From: Myxococcota bacterium | GTDB taxonomy: Bacteria > Myxococcota_A > Polyangia > Polyangiales > Sandaracinaceae | Assembly: GCA_036149055.1 (NCBI GenBank) | Contig: JAYZQJ010000100.1 | Span: forward strand, 1-49,785 | Reading direction: 5' to 3' | DNA length: 49,785 nt | Part shown: piece after piece, positions 1 to 9,146 of the stretch | Layout: every line of letters starts with the position of its first letter | Numbering within the stretch: the stretch's first letter is position 1 | Translations under genes and position numbers: made by a program | The notes under the pieces: model-generated | The model's database searches: none | Told to the model about the DNA's origin: nothing | The model's input: only the letters and a program-made list of their open reading frames with translations

Positions 1-1
1 C

Positions 2-127
2 CGCCCGCGCCCGCGGCCCCAGCCTCGCCCGGAGGTGGAGCCCGAGCCGCAGCCGGCGCCCCAGCCGCGCCGCCCGGGCCCCGGCCTGCAGGGCCTCGGC
101 GACTTCGAGCGCGAGCTCGGCCGGTGA
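2..127 (+). CDS. 3' end of an upstream gene (Pro-rich tail ...EVEPEPQPAPQPRRPGPGLQGLGDFERELGR*), truncated by window edge
   Basis: Open frame with GC3-rich codons; its TGA (125-127) overlaps the GTG of the next gene (GTGA coupling). Confidence 0.6.
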   Translation, partial: RPRPRPQPRPEVEPEPQPAPQPRRPGPGLQGLGDFERELGR

Positions 128-429
128 GCCCCTCGGAGCCTCTCCACGACGCCACCTTCCTCGACCTCCGCGCCGACTGGGCGGCGGGAGACGTCGCGCT
201 GCGATTCCGAACGGCCACGGCAGAGCTCACCATCCGTGGGGTCCGCGCGACCCGTCTGGACTGGACGAGGCGGCTGCCATGGGGAGAGAGCGTCTCCGTC
301 AACGAGGTCACCGGGCCGACCGCGCTGCCGAAAGGCTCCGGGTGGCGCTTCGAGGTGGAGATGCAGACCGGCGACACCCTGATCCTCGAGGCCGCCGAGA
401 TCACCGAACAACGCGTTCCGCTGAGCTGA
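124..429 (+). CDS. small hypothetical protein (101 aa), possibly orphan immunity-like
   Basis: Coupled GTG start; globular beta-rich-looking sequence (LHDATF...PWGESVSVNE...EMQTGD); several A/T-ending codons unlike neighbours. Confidence 0.65.
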   Translation: MSPSEPLHDATFLDLRADWAAGDVALRFRTATAELTIRGVRATRLDWTRRLPWGESVSVNEVTGPTALPKGSGWRFEVEMQTGDTLILEAAEITEQRVPLS

Positions 430-482
430 CGCAGCCCCCCCTCCCCGGCCGAGCCCGAGTCCGGCACCGCCCGTGAGCGGCA

Positions 483-799
483 GCCGGCGAACGCCCATCC
501 CGCGGCCATCGTCCGCCCTTGGCGGCTTTGCGCCTTTGCGAGAGACAAATAGTCGACCGCCGACCTCTCGAGGGAGCTGCTCCGAGGCCTCGGGACGCGT
601 AGACGCAAAGTGGGGCGGTCGCGGAACGTGGACGGGCGACGTTCGGCGTCGACGGGTCGGGCGCCGCCGGCGAGTCGCCAGCCCGCAGCCCTCTGCGACT
701 CTGCGCCTCTGCGAGAGAAATACTCAGCCGCCGAGCCGCGCTCGACCGACCGCGACGCCGGGACCGGCCACCCCGCCCCCTTGGCGTCTTTGCGTGAGA
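483..799 (+). repeat. Family-1 repeat cluster 1 (3 units, octamer core YCTYTGCG x2-3 followed by AGAGA/TGAGA)
   Basis: Cores at 517-540, 690-713 and 779-794; leader GCCGGCGAnnnCCAnCCCGCnGCC at 483-507 and 666-690. Confidence 0.8.
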
Positions 800-842
800 T
801 CCAGAGCCACCGAAGCCCGCGCAACCGCCCCTGCCCAGCAAG

Positions 843-2570
843 CTAGTTGGGTTCCGGAGGCGGGATGGTCTCGGTGCCGAGGCCGATGCCGGCGAGCATC
901 TCGTTCGACTCGCCGGCGCGCTCGCTGCCGGCGCTGCTGCTGGCGGGGAGCGCGGCGTCGGGCACGACCTCGCCGCTGATGCGCTCGGGCACCGGCGGGA
1001 GGCGGTCGCCGAACCAGCCGAAGAACTCGAGCATGCGGCGCTTCCGCTTGGGCGGGAGGTAGTCGAAGTTCACGCCGCGGTCGCTGATCTCCCAGAACTC
1101 GCTGGAGCGCACCGCGAGCAGCTCGTTGCGGATCGACGCGAGGCGCTCGGGGCTCTCGCCGTGCATGTCCCGGAAGACCTCGCGCGCCAGCTCCTCGTCG
1201 CCCTTGAGCAGGTAGAAGGTCGCGAGCTTGACCTGGGCCTTACGCACGCCGCGCAGGCTCGTCTCCTGGACCTCGGACTCGGACTCGCGATCGACCTGGA
1301 GGAAGATGCGCAGCAGCTCCCGCGCGGCCGCGCTGTCGCGGTCGTAGGCCAGCTCGTTCAGCGTGCAGAGGTCGTAGGCGACCGTCTCGAGGATGAAGGG
1401 CAGCTTCGCGGTGAACGAGACGCCGCCGTAGTACTTGAAGTAGCGGGCGATCTCGACGGCGTGCTTGCCGTCGGCGTGACCGAGCGCGCTCTCGGCGAGG
1501 AGCCGGTACTGGTTGAGCACGTTGTAGGCGGTGCGCACGTCCTTCGCGTTGACGGTGGAGCGCAGGTACGTGTTGAAGAACTTCACCGCGAGGTCGAAGA
1601 GCTCTCGGTGCCCGCTCGCGAGCGCGGCCTCGGCCACCAGCCGCGTGTTGATCGCGATCAGGTAGTTCATGTCGCGCATGCGGTTGAGCGCCTCGTTGTA
1701 GAGCGTCTGGTACTGGCGCAGGACCTTCATCTCGAGCCAGATGCGCCGCTCGCTCACCGACTCCAGCACCGCGCGCGACATCGACACGAAGTCCGGGTTC
1801 ACCGCGAGGTCGCCGACCACCGCGAACCACGGCGCGGGCAGACGGGACCGCACCTTCTGGTAGTCGAGGACCAGCTGCCGGAGCGCGTCGGCGCTCGCCA
1901 TCGAGACGCCCTTGTCCTTGTGCTCCATCGCGTTGAGCGCGACGTCGGCGAGCTGCTCGATGCCGCGCACCGCCTCGGTCTGCTTGCGCTCGATCGTCCA
2001 GCTCGCCCGGCGGGAGTCGATGGTGTCGAGGGTGTGGCGCCGGATGCGCTCGACGATCTCGACCGGGTTGAGGAACTTGAAGACGAAGGCGAAGTACGGG
2101 AGCAGGATCACGAGGCTGAGCCCGAGCATGATCATGCTCACCGCCCCGCCGACGAAGGGCACGAACCCGAGGCTCGCGCCCTCCCCCATGTCGAAGACGA
2201 TGCTGACCGCGAGACACTGGACCGCGGTCACCACGAAGAAGCCCATCACCGCGAAGTTGATGGGCTCCGAGACGAACAGCTCCGTGATGCGGTGCGTGTA
2301 GCGGTTGCTGGCCAGCTCGACGACGATGGCGACGACGGTGATCGCGATGCCGAGCACCGCGGCGACCACCTCGGCGGCGTTGCTGATCGCGCCGAGCGCC
2401 GAGCTCGGGTTGGGATGGACCAGCAGCTGCCACACCGCCGCCGGGCTCGGCTCGTCGGCCGAGTCGATGGCGAACGTGATCGCGAACACCGCCAGCGACA
2501 CGCCGACGAGGATCGAGAACGGCAGGAGCCAGATCCGAAACGGGCTGGTGCGCTGTCCCCCCGGGTCCAT
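843..2570 (-). CDS. DUF2254-like integral membrane protein with large C-terminal cytoplasmic domain
   Basis: About 4 N-terminal hydrophobic helices, IVVELASNRYTHRI motif typical of DUF2254, helical C-terminal domain; strong coding bias. Confidence 0.75.
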   Translation of the reverse strand: MDPGGQRTSPFRIWLLPFSILVGVSLAVFAITFAIDSADEPSPAAVWQLLVHPNPSSALGAISNAAEVVAAVLGIAITVVAIVVELASNRYTHRITELFVSEPINFAVMGFFVVTAVQCLAVSIVFDMGEGASLGFVPFVGGAVSMIMLGLSLVILLPYFAFVFKFLNPVEIVERIRRHTLDTIDSRRASWTIERKQTEAVRGIEQLADVALNAMEHKDKGVSMASADALRQLVLDYQKVRSRLPAPWFAVVGDLAVNPDFVSMSRAVLESVSERRIWLEMKVLRQYQTLYNEALNRMRDMNYLIAINTRLVAEAALASGHRELFDLAVKFFNTYLRSTVNAKDVRTAYNVLNQYRLLAESALGHADGKHAVEIARYFKYYGGVSFTAKLPFILETVAYDLCTLNELAYDRDSAAARELLRIFLQVDRESESEVQETSLRGVRKAQVKLATFYLLKGDEELAREVFRDMHGESPERLASIRNELLAVRSSEFWEISDRGVNFDYLPPKRKRRMLEFFGWFGDRLPPVPERISGEVVPDAALPASSSAGSERAGESNEMLAGIGLGTETIPPPEPN

Positions 2571-2579
2571 GGGAAGCCG

Positions 2580-2608
2580 AGTCTAGCATCCGGGGGGTTT
2601 GCTATGCT
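2580..2608. promoter_or_regulatory. back-to-back extended -10 promoters of divergent genes
   Basis: TGC-TATGCT (2600-2608, +) lies 6 nt before GTG 2615; TGC-TAGACT on minus (2588-2580) lies 9 nt before ATG 2570. Confidence 0.5.
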
Positions 2609-2614
2609 CGCGCC

Positions 2615-3481
2615 GTGTCGTGGGCGGCGCGTCTTCTGGTGGTGATGATCGGGCTGACGCCGGCGATCGGGGTGGCACAGGACGAGGACCCCTCGGACGG
2701 GGTGGCCGCGGGCTCGGGCGAGTCCGCGACCGAGTCCGAGTCCGAGTCCGAAGCTGAAGCCGAAACCGCGGCCGAGTCCGAAGCCGAGTCCGAGTCCGAG
2801 TCCGAGTCCGAGTCCGAAGCCGAAGCCGAAGCCGAAGCCGAGTCGGCGGGTGGGACGCCGGCGCTGGTGCCGCCGGGCGGGGTGCCGCCGATCCCCGGGG
2901 TGCGGGAGCCGCGGCCGGTGCAGGCGCCCGAGCCGGAGCCGCCGCCCGAGCCGATCCCGCTCCCTCGCTACTCCCTCGAGCTGCGGCTCGGGGTGAGCTT
3001 CCCCGGCGACTTCAGCTTCGACCAGGCGCTGGCCGCGCTGCGCTACGACGGGGTGCGCGCCGCGCCGAGCGTGGTGGTCGGCGTGCAGGTCCCCGTGCTG
3101 GACTGGCTCTGGCTCGGGGGACGGCTCGGGGCCAGGGGCCGCGGCTGGGCGCACCCCGACCGGGACCCGGCCACGCTCGCCGCGGGGGAGCTCCTCGCCA
3201 CCGCCCAGGCCCGAGTGTGGCTCGGGCGCGTCGTCGAGCTCGGGGTCCTGGTGGCGGGTGGGCTCGGCTGGATGCAGGTCGCCGTGCGGGATGCGGCGAC
3301 CGACCAGGCCGTCGGCCGCTTCTCGCTCGAGGCGATCCTCGCCTTCAAGACCGGCCCGCACTTCGCCTTCGGTCCGCGCGTCGGCTACGACTTCTTCGAG
3401 TGGTCCGGCGTGAACGCCTACGGGCACGGCGTGGACGTCGGGGGCTTCTCGCTCGGGTTGGCGCTGGAGGGACGCGAATGA
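2615..3481 (+). CDS. secreted protein with acidic ES/EA linker and probable C-terminal outer-membrane beta-barrel
   Basis: Signal peptide (…IGVA/QDED), ES/EA low-complexity tract, Pro-rich linker, alternating amphipathic strands. Confidence 0.7.
   Translation: MSWAARLLVVMIGLTPAIGVAQDEDPSDGVAAGSGESATESESESEAEAETAAESEAESESESESESEAEAEAEAESAGGTPALVPPGGVPPIPGVREPRPVQAPEPEPPPEPIPLPRYSLELRLGVSFPGDFSFDQALAALRYDGVRAAPSVVVGVQVPVLDWLWLGGRLGARGRGWAHPDRDPATLAAGELLATAQARVWLGRVVELGVLVAGGLGWMQVAVRDAATDQAVGRFSLEAILAFKTGPHFAFGPRVGYDFFEWSGVNAYGHGVDVGGFSLGLALEGRE
2732..2844 (+). repeat. in-frame hexamer tandem repeat (GAGTCC/GAAGCC)n encoding ES/EA
   Basis: Direct reading of sequence. Confidence 0.85.
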
Positions 3482-4023
3482 GCTCGCGACGAGCGGTCTG
3501 GCTCGGGGTGGCGGTTTTGCTGGCGATGATCGCGTGCGACCCGCGCACCTTCCCCGACCGCGCCTACCACGAGGAGTTCGAGACCCTCTGCGAAGGCACG
3601 CCGTGCGGCTGGGAGATCTCGCGCGGCGAGCCGGGGCAGGCGACGTGGATCACGTCCCTGCATCCGGGAGAGCACGCCCTCCGGCTGACCGGCGACGTGA
3701 CGGTGCGCGGCCCGGGCGCGGGCCCCGACGCCACCGACGTGCTCCAGTCGACGGGCGCCATCGGCCACGTCGCCTCCCGCTGCGATCCGGGCTCTCGATT
3801 GCAAGTCACGGTGCTGGTCGTCGACCGCGCCGGGATCCCGACCCGGACGACGTTCGAGGTGCCCAGCGGGGACTGGAGCGAGCTCGCGCTGGGCCTGTCC
3901 TTCGACAACCCGGTTGTCGACGCGAGAGTGACCGCGATCGTGATCGAGAAGACGGGCGTCGGAAGCTGCGACGTCGCCGAGATCGTGTTGGACCAGGGCG
4001 GCGTGGACGACATCGGCTGCTGA
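3478..4023 (+). CDS. lipoprotein, beta-sandwich-like hypothetical
   Basis: ATGA overlap with upstream stop; lipobox-like LAMIA-C. Confidence 0.7.
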   Translation: MSSRRAVWLGVAVLLAMIACDPRTFPDRAYHEEFETLCEGTPCGWEISRGEPGQATWITSLHPGEHALRLTGDVTVRGPGAGPDATDVLQSTGAIGHVASRCDPGSRLQVTVLVVDRAGIPTRTTFEVPSGDWSELALGLSFDNPVVDARVTAIVIEKTGVGSCDVAEIVLDQGGVDDIGC

Positions 4024-4230
4024 CGACGGCCGCGCCTCCTCGAGACACGCAACACGTCTAGCCAGTATCGCGTCCGATATGACGTGACGAGCGTCACTGG
4101 CGCGACGTCCGGCGGCGCAGTAGAACGCTGGCGCTCACCCCGAGCGGGTCTACGGGCGCAGCGAGGCTGGCCGCAAACCATCCGCGCAGATGTCGACCGC
4201 GGTGAGCCTTCCAACCCGAAGGAGGAGAGC

Positions 4231-4959
4231 ATGGGCGCGTGTCATGCCGTGAATGACGTCACTCGTGCTTCCGCTGCGCGCAGACGCAGGCGGATTCGAC
4301 GTTCCCGCTGGCTCGGCACGGTCGCGAGCGCGCTCGTGATGGGCGCGATGGTGGCGCCGGAGGCGGTGATCGCGCAGGGCGGCCAGAGCGAGGCCGCGGA
4401 GCCCGGGCCGGCCGACCCCGCGGTCGTTGCGCTCGGCCGCGCGCTCGATCGCCGCATGACGGTGTGGGCGACCGACCGACGTGTGGTCTATGTGAGTCAC
4501 TGTCGTCACGCGCGCGGGGGTTGCCCGGAGCGCGTCGCCAGCTTCGCCCGCCTGATCGGCGAGGCCGCGCAGCGACATCACCTCGACCCGTTCCTGCTCG
4601 CCGCCGTCGCGGTGCGCGAGAGCGGCATGGACCCGACGGCGCAAGGCGGCGTGGGGGAGCGCGGCATCGTGCAGCTCCATCCTCGCGGCAGCGGCGCGCG
4701 CGTGCGATACGTCCGCAGCGAGGCCTACCGGCGCAGCTGCTCTCGCCGCCCGGACGCCTGCCAGGCCGAGGTGCTCGAGGCCGGCGCGAGCCTCCTCTCT
4801 CGAAGCATCGATCGTTGCGGCGGCGTGCGCGAGGGTCTCGGCGCCTACAACCGCGGCGTCTGTGGACCGACGAGCTACGCCGACCGCGTGATGAGCGAGC
4901 GCCAGCGGCTGCTGAGGCTCGCGAAGACCGACGCCCGCACGGTCGCCGACATCGACTGA
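4231..4959 (+). CDS. lytic transglycosylase (SLT domain), exported or membrane-anchored
   Basis: AGGAGG RBS; LLAAVAVRES (catalytic Glu), GIVQL and GAYN motifs; Arg-rich N-terminus followed by a hydrophobic segment. Confidence 0.8.
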   Translation: MGACHAVNDVTRASAARRRRRIRRSRWLGTVASALVMGAMVAPEAVIAQGGQSEAAEPGPADPAVVALGRALDRRMTVWATDRRVVYVSHCRHARGGCPERVASFARLIGEAAQRHHLDPFLLAAVAVRESGMDPTAQGGVGERGIVQLHPRGSGARVRYVRSEAYRRSCSRRPDACQAEVLEAGASLLSRSIDRCGGVREGLGAYNRGVCGPTSYADRVMSERQRLLRLAKTDARTVADID

Positions 4960-5003
4960 CGCCACGCGTTCTCGTCGGGGCGGCGCTCTGGCAGACTGGA
5001 TGG

Positions 5004-5657
5004 GTGGAAACCCATCGTCCCCTGGACCGGCTGGCGCAGATCGTCAGCGTGCTGCTCATCCTCAACGCGGTGGCTGCGCTGGCGAGCCTGGGCTCGCTCG
5101 CGGCGCAGCTCGAGCTGCTCGGTCGCATCGAGCTCGGCGACTACACGCAGGCGGAGCTCGACGCCAACGACACGCGCGAGATGCTCTTCGGGCTGGCCGC
5201 GGCGGCGCTGTACCTCGCGACGGCCGTGGTGTTCCTCATGTGGTTCAAGCGGGCCTACGACAACGTGCGCGCGTTCGGCCACACGCCGGCGCATGGCACC
5301 GGCTGGGCGATCGGCGCCTGGTTCGTCCCGATCCTCAACCTCTTCCGCCCCTTCCAGATCGCCCGAGAGATCTGGAACGCGAGCGACGGCGGCGACGAGG
5401 AGGGCTCCCTGCCCGGCGAGACCCCGACCGTGCTCGGGCTCTGGTGGGCCGCGTGGATCGCAGGGAACATCGCCGGGCAGGTCAGCTTCCGCGTCAGCAT
5501 GCGCGCCGACTCCCCCTCCGACTTCTCGACCTCGACCATCGCGAGCATGGTCTCGGAGCTGATCACCCTGGTCTCGGCCCCGCTCGCGGTGATGGTGGTC
5601 CGCCGGATCACCGCGAGGCAGAGCGCCGCCGTGGACGTGGCGCCGGTCGAGTTCTGA
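5004..5657 (+). CDS. DUF4328-domain membrane protein
   Basis: FLMWFKRAYDN, GWAIGAWFVPILNLFRPFQIAREIW and LWWAAW motifs; GTG 6 nt after TGG-CAGACT -10 box. Confidence 0.8.
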   Translation: METHRPLDRLAQIVSVLLILNAVAALASLGSLAAQLELLGRIELGDYTQAELDANDTREMLFGLAAAALYLATAVVFLMWFKRAYDNVRAFGHTPAHGTGWAIGAWFVPILNLFRPFQIAREIWNASDGGDEEGSLPGETPTVLGLWWAAWIAGNIAGQVSFRVSMRADSPSDFSTSTIASMVSELITLVSAPLAVMVVRRITARQSAAVDVAPVEF

Positions 5658-5698
5658 CGCCCGGGCGCGAGACCACCCACCCGCCTCGACCGACGGCC

Positions 5699-7720
5699 TC
5701 AGGGGAGGCTGAAGCAGTTGGCCCAGCGGCTCGCGACCCCGCCGCCCGGCGGGGCGTACCAGAGCCGCGCCTGCGCGTAGGTCACCGCGAGCCCCTCGAA
5801 GGCGGCGGTGTGGAAGGCGCCGCCCGCGTCCACGCGGGTGACCTCGAAGACCCTCACGCCTCCGTCCAGGAAGAGCTGGAAGGCGCGCGGCGTGCCCGTG
5901 TCGCCGACGGGGAACGCCGAGGTGTGCACGACGCCGAGGAAGAACCTGTCGCCCTGCACGTCGATGCCGAGTCGCTGGGTGGCGTCCGGCGGGTCGTTCG
6001 GCGTGGTCCCCGTGGTGACGCGCCCGGCCACCGCGACCGCGCTCGGCGACGACAGGTACCCGTAGCGGATCTCCGAGTCCGAGGCGGCCCCGCCGCGGGT
6101 GGACCACGCGACCATCGCGTCGGGCGTGCCGCCGCCTCGCGTCTCGACCGCGACCTCCATCACCGGGTTGGCCGACGGGAGGGTGCGCGAGGTGACGGTC
6201 GGGCTGGCCCCCGCCCCCTGCACCCAGCGGAGCTCCACCTCGCCCAGATCGAGGCGCGAGAACGCGACCACGTCGGAGCCGGGGCTCGCCTGGGCCACGG
6301 CGATGGGGCGCGCGGTCCGGCCGAGCTCGAGCGGCCCCGCCTGGTACGCGTGATCGGTCAGCCGGTAGACGCGGCGCCGCACGCGGCCCGCGGACTCGAC
6401 CGTGTAGAGGTAGACCGAGTCGCGGTCGACGGTGACGCGGACCTGCGAGGCGCTGATCGGGATCGTGGTGGACCAGCGGACCCGGAGGTCGGAGGAGAGC
6501 CGCTGCAGGATCACGTAGCTCGAGAAGACGGAGGCGAAGACGAGCGAGTGCGTCCCGAAGCTCGCCGCGTGAAAGATGCGGGTCCCGGTGACGGCCGTCG
6601 GCGCCCCGCCGGTCACGGCGCCGGTCGCCGAGTGCTCGAAGCCCCAGACCTGGCCGTCGGCGTACCAGAACGAGCGGCGAGCGGAGCCCCACTCCACGAC
6701 CACCGGGCGGTCGTAGGCGCGCCCGGCCGCTTCGATCGTCGGCGCGTTCCACTCCCAGACGCCCTCGTCGCGGAGACCATCGCAGTCGTCGTCGCGGAAG
6801 TTGCACGTCTCCACCGGCGGGGCGCACGCGGACGGCCCGGGGACTCCGCACGCGGCGGTGCAGCGCCCGGTCCCGGTGGATCCGCAGGTCGTCGTGCAGC
6901 TCGTCGTCGCGCCCTGCACGCAGGCGAAGGTCTGGTCAGGGGCGCCGTCGCAGTCGTCGTCGGCCCCGTCGCAGACCTCCGCCGCGCCGGGGTGTCGCCG
7001 CGCCGCGGCGTCGTCGCAGTCGCCGGCCATCGCGGCGAAGCCCGCCGGCGCGGCGCAGGCCAGGGTCGTGGCGCCCGCTCCCCAGCCGTCGCCGTCCGCG
7101 TCGCGGTGGAACGTGGACTGCACGCCCTCGTCCACCGCGAGGTCGCAGTCCTGGTCGACCCCGTCGCACGCCTCCGCGGCCCCCGGGTGACAGGCGGCGC
7201 AGGCGTCGTCGCAGTCGCTCGAGTCGTCGACGAAGCCGGCGGGCGCGGTGCAGGCGAGCATCGGCGCGTCGCGGTCACCGTGGCCGTCGCCGTCTCGGTC
7301 GGCGTAGAAGCTGCGCTGCACGCCCTCGTCGGTCATGCCGTCGCAGTCCTGGTCGACCCCGTCGCAGCGCTCCACGCCGGTGGGCGCGCACGAGGCGCAG
7401 TCGTCGTCGCAGTCGCTCCCGTCGGCGACGTATCCGTCGGGCCTCGCGCACTGCGTGAGCGCGGCGGCGGGGTCGCCGAAGCCGTCGCGGTCCCGATCCC
7501 GGTACCAGGTCGGCGGAGACTCGCACGGCGCGGCGTCCGGCAGAGACACGCGGGCGTCGACGCCCACCGGTCCAGCATCTCCTGCGTCGTCGGGCCGAGC
7601 GGCGTCGGCCGGCGCCGCGTCTGGCGACGCACGGGACGCGTCGGAGGGTTCGGGCGCCATCTCGCAACCGGAGACGAGCGCCAACGCGAGGAGGGTGTGG
7701 TGGACGTGACGAAGAGACAT
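5699..7720 (-). CDS. lipoprotein with MopE-related (putative metal-binding) Cys/Asp repeats
   Basis: AGGAGG RBS, lipobox LVSG-C, three YxDxDGDGxG...DCDD...CDGxDxDCDG repeats, C-terminal beta-rich domain. Confidence 0.8.
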   Translation of the reverse strand: MSLRHVHHTLLALALVSGCEMAPEPSDASRASPDAAPADAARPDDAGDAGPVGVDARVSLPDAAPCESPPTWYRDRDRDGFGDPAAALTQCARPDGYVADGSDCDDDCASCAPTGVERCDGVDQDCDGMTDEGVQRSFYADRDGDGHGDRDAPMLACTAPAGFVDDSSDCDDACAACHPGAAEACDGVDQDCDLAVDEGVQSTFHRDADGDGWGAGATTLACAAPAGFAAMAGDCDDAAARRHPGAAEVCDGADDDCDGAPDQTFACVQGATTSCTTTCGSTGTGRCTAACGVPGPSACAPPVETCNFRDDDCDGLRDEGVWEWNAPTIEAAGRAYDRPVVVEWGSARRSFWYADGQVWGFEHSATGAVTGGAPTAVTGTRIFHAASFGTHSLVFASVFSSYVILQRLSSDLRVRWSTTIPISASQVRVTVDRDSVYLYTVESAGRVRRRVYRLTDHAYQAGPLELGRTARPIAVAQASPGSDVVAFSRLDLGEVELRWVQGAGASPTVTSRTLPSANPVMEVAVETRGGGTPDAMVAWSTRGGAASDSEIRYGYLSSPSAVAVAGRVTTGTTPNDPPDATQRLGIDVQGDRFFLGVVHTSAFPVGDTGTPRAFQLFLDGGVRVFEVTRVDAGGAFHTAAFEGLAVTYAQARLWYAPPGGGVASRWANCFSLP

Positions 7721-7756
7721 GCCGCCTCCTCGGCCCGCCGCCCGACCGGTTGCGCG

Positions 7757-7816
7757 AAAAAAAACGAACGCCCGAAAAACGCGAGACGCCCCCGCCGAGG
7801 CTTCGGCAGGGGCGTC
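7757..7816 (-). terminator. intrinsic terminator downstream of ftsZ
   Basis: 14-bp stem GACGCCCCTGCCGA-AGCC-TCGGCGGGGGCGTC (7816-7785) followed by TCGCGTTTTT and a T8 run. Confidence 0.65.
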
Positions 7817-7863
7817 AGGGGGGACGGAGGCGGACCCGCGCGGACCCGCCCCTGCCCGACCGG

Positions 7864-9072
7864 TCAATCGTGAGCGGAGCCGCGGCGGAGGTAGGCCGGG
7901 ATGTCGAGGACCGCCTCGTCGTGGAGGGCGGTGGCGCCGAAGGCCCGGCCGCCGACGCGCGCCTCGGGGATCGAGACCTGCTCGGGGGCCACGCTGCGGC
8001 GAGCCGCGCGGGGCGCGACGCTGCGGCGCGAGGGGACCTGCACCGGGATCGAGGGGCGGCTGCTGCGGACCGCGGCCTGCGGCGCCTCCTCCACCATCGG
8101 GCGGGCCTCGGCGTCGAAGCCGGTGGCGATCACGGTGACCTTCACCACGTCGCCCATGTCCATGTCGGTGACGAGGCCGAAGATGATGTTCGCGTCCTCG
8201 TGCGCCTCCTGCTGGACCAGGCTGGCCGCCTCGTTGATCTCCTTCAGCCGCACGTCCGGGCCGGCGGTGAAGTTGATGAGGATGCCGGTCGCGCCCTCCA
8301 CGCTGACCTCGTCGAGGAGCGGGCTGTTGATGGCCATGCTCGCCGCGTCGAGGGCGCGCTTGTCACCCTTGCCGTAGCCGGTGCCCATCAGCGCGCGGCC
8401 CATGCCGCTCATGATGGTCTTCACGTCGGCGAAGTCGACGTTGATCATCCCGCTGTGGGTGATGAGGTCGCTGATGCCCCGGACCGCCTGCACCAGCACG
8501 TCGTCGGCGCGGCGGAAGGCCTCCAGCAGGCTCATGTCCTCTTCCTCGAGGTTGAGGAGCTTCTGGTTCGGGATGGTGATGATCGTGTCGACGCTCGACG
8601 CGAGGTCGTCGATCCCGTTCTCGGCGTTGCGCGAGCGGCGCTTGCCCTCGAAGAGGAACGGCTTGGTCACCACGCCGACGGTCAGCGCGCCCATGTCCCG
8701 CGCGACCTGCGCGATGATCGGGGCCGCGCCGGTGCCCGTGCCACCGCCCATGCCGGCGGTGATGAAGACCATGTCGGCGCCCTCGAGCGCCTCGCTGACC
8801 CGCTGCACGTCCTCGAGCGCCGCCTTGCGGCCGACGTCGGGGTTCGCGCCGGCGCCGAGGCCCTTGGTGAGGGCCGGGCCGAGCTGGATCTTCGTCGGCG
8901 CGAGGTTGGCCTCGAGCGCCTGCATGTCGGTGTTGCCGGCGATGAACTCCACGCCCTCGAGCCCGCTGTGGATCATGGTGTTGAGCGCGTTGCCGCCGCC
9001 CCCGCCGACGCCAACGACCTTGATGCGCGCCTGCATCTCCGCGTCATCCGCGAACTCGATCGAGATTCCCAT
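7864..9072 (-). CDS. ftsZ: cell division protein FtsZ
   Basis: GVGGGGGN, tubulin signature GGGTGTG, INVDFAD, C-terminal LDIPAYLRR. Confidence 0.99.
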   Translation of the reverse strand: MGISIEFADDAEMQARIKVVGVGGGGGNALNTMIHSGLEGVEFIAGNTDMQALEANLAPTKIQLGPALTKGLGAGANPDVGRKAALEDVQRVSEALEGADMVFITAGMGGGTGTGAAPIIAQVARDMGALTVGVVTKPFLFEGKRRSRNAENGIDDLASSVDTIITIPNQKLLNLEEEDMSLLEAFRRADDVLVQAVRGISDLITHSGMINVDFADVKTIMSGMGRALMGTGYGKGDKRALDAASMAINSPLLDEVSVEGATGILINFTAGPDVRLKEINEAASLVQQEAHEDANIIFGLVTDMDMGDVVKVTVIATGFDAEARPMVEEAPQAAVRSSRPSIPVQVPSRRSVAPRAARRSVAPEQVSIPEARVGGRAFGATALHDEAVLDIPAYLRRGSAHD

Positions 9073-9146
9073 TTCGTGTTCCTCCCTGAAGCGCGCCCTG
9101 GGTTCGCCCTCCCAGGGGCCGCGCAGAAAAAGCGTTCAAATCAGAT

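Noticed and set aside
401..979. ORFs containing LCxSAxLRE / LSQRR peptides (also at 42849-44391)
   Set aside because: These are translations of the Family-1 repeat core, not genes
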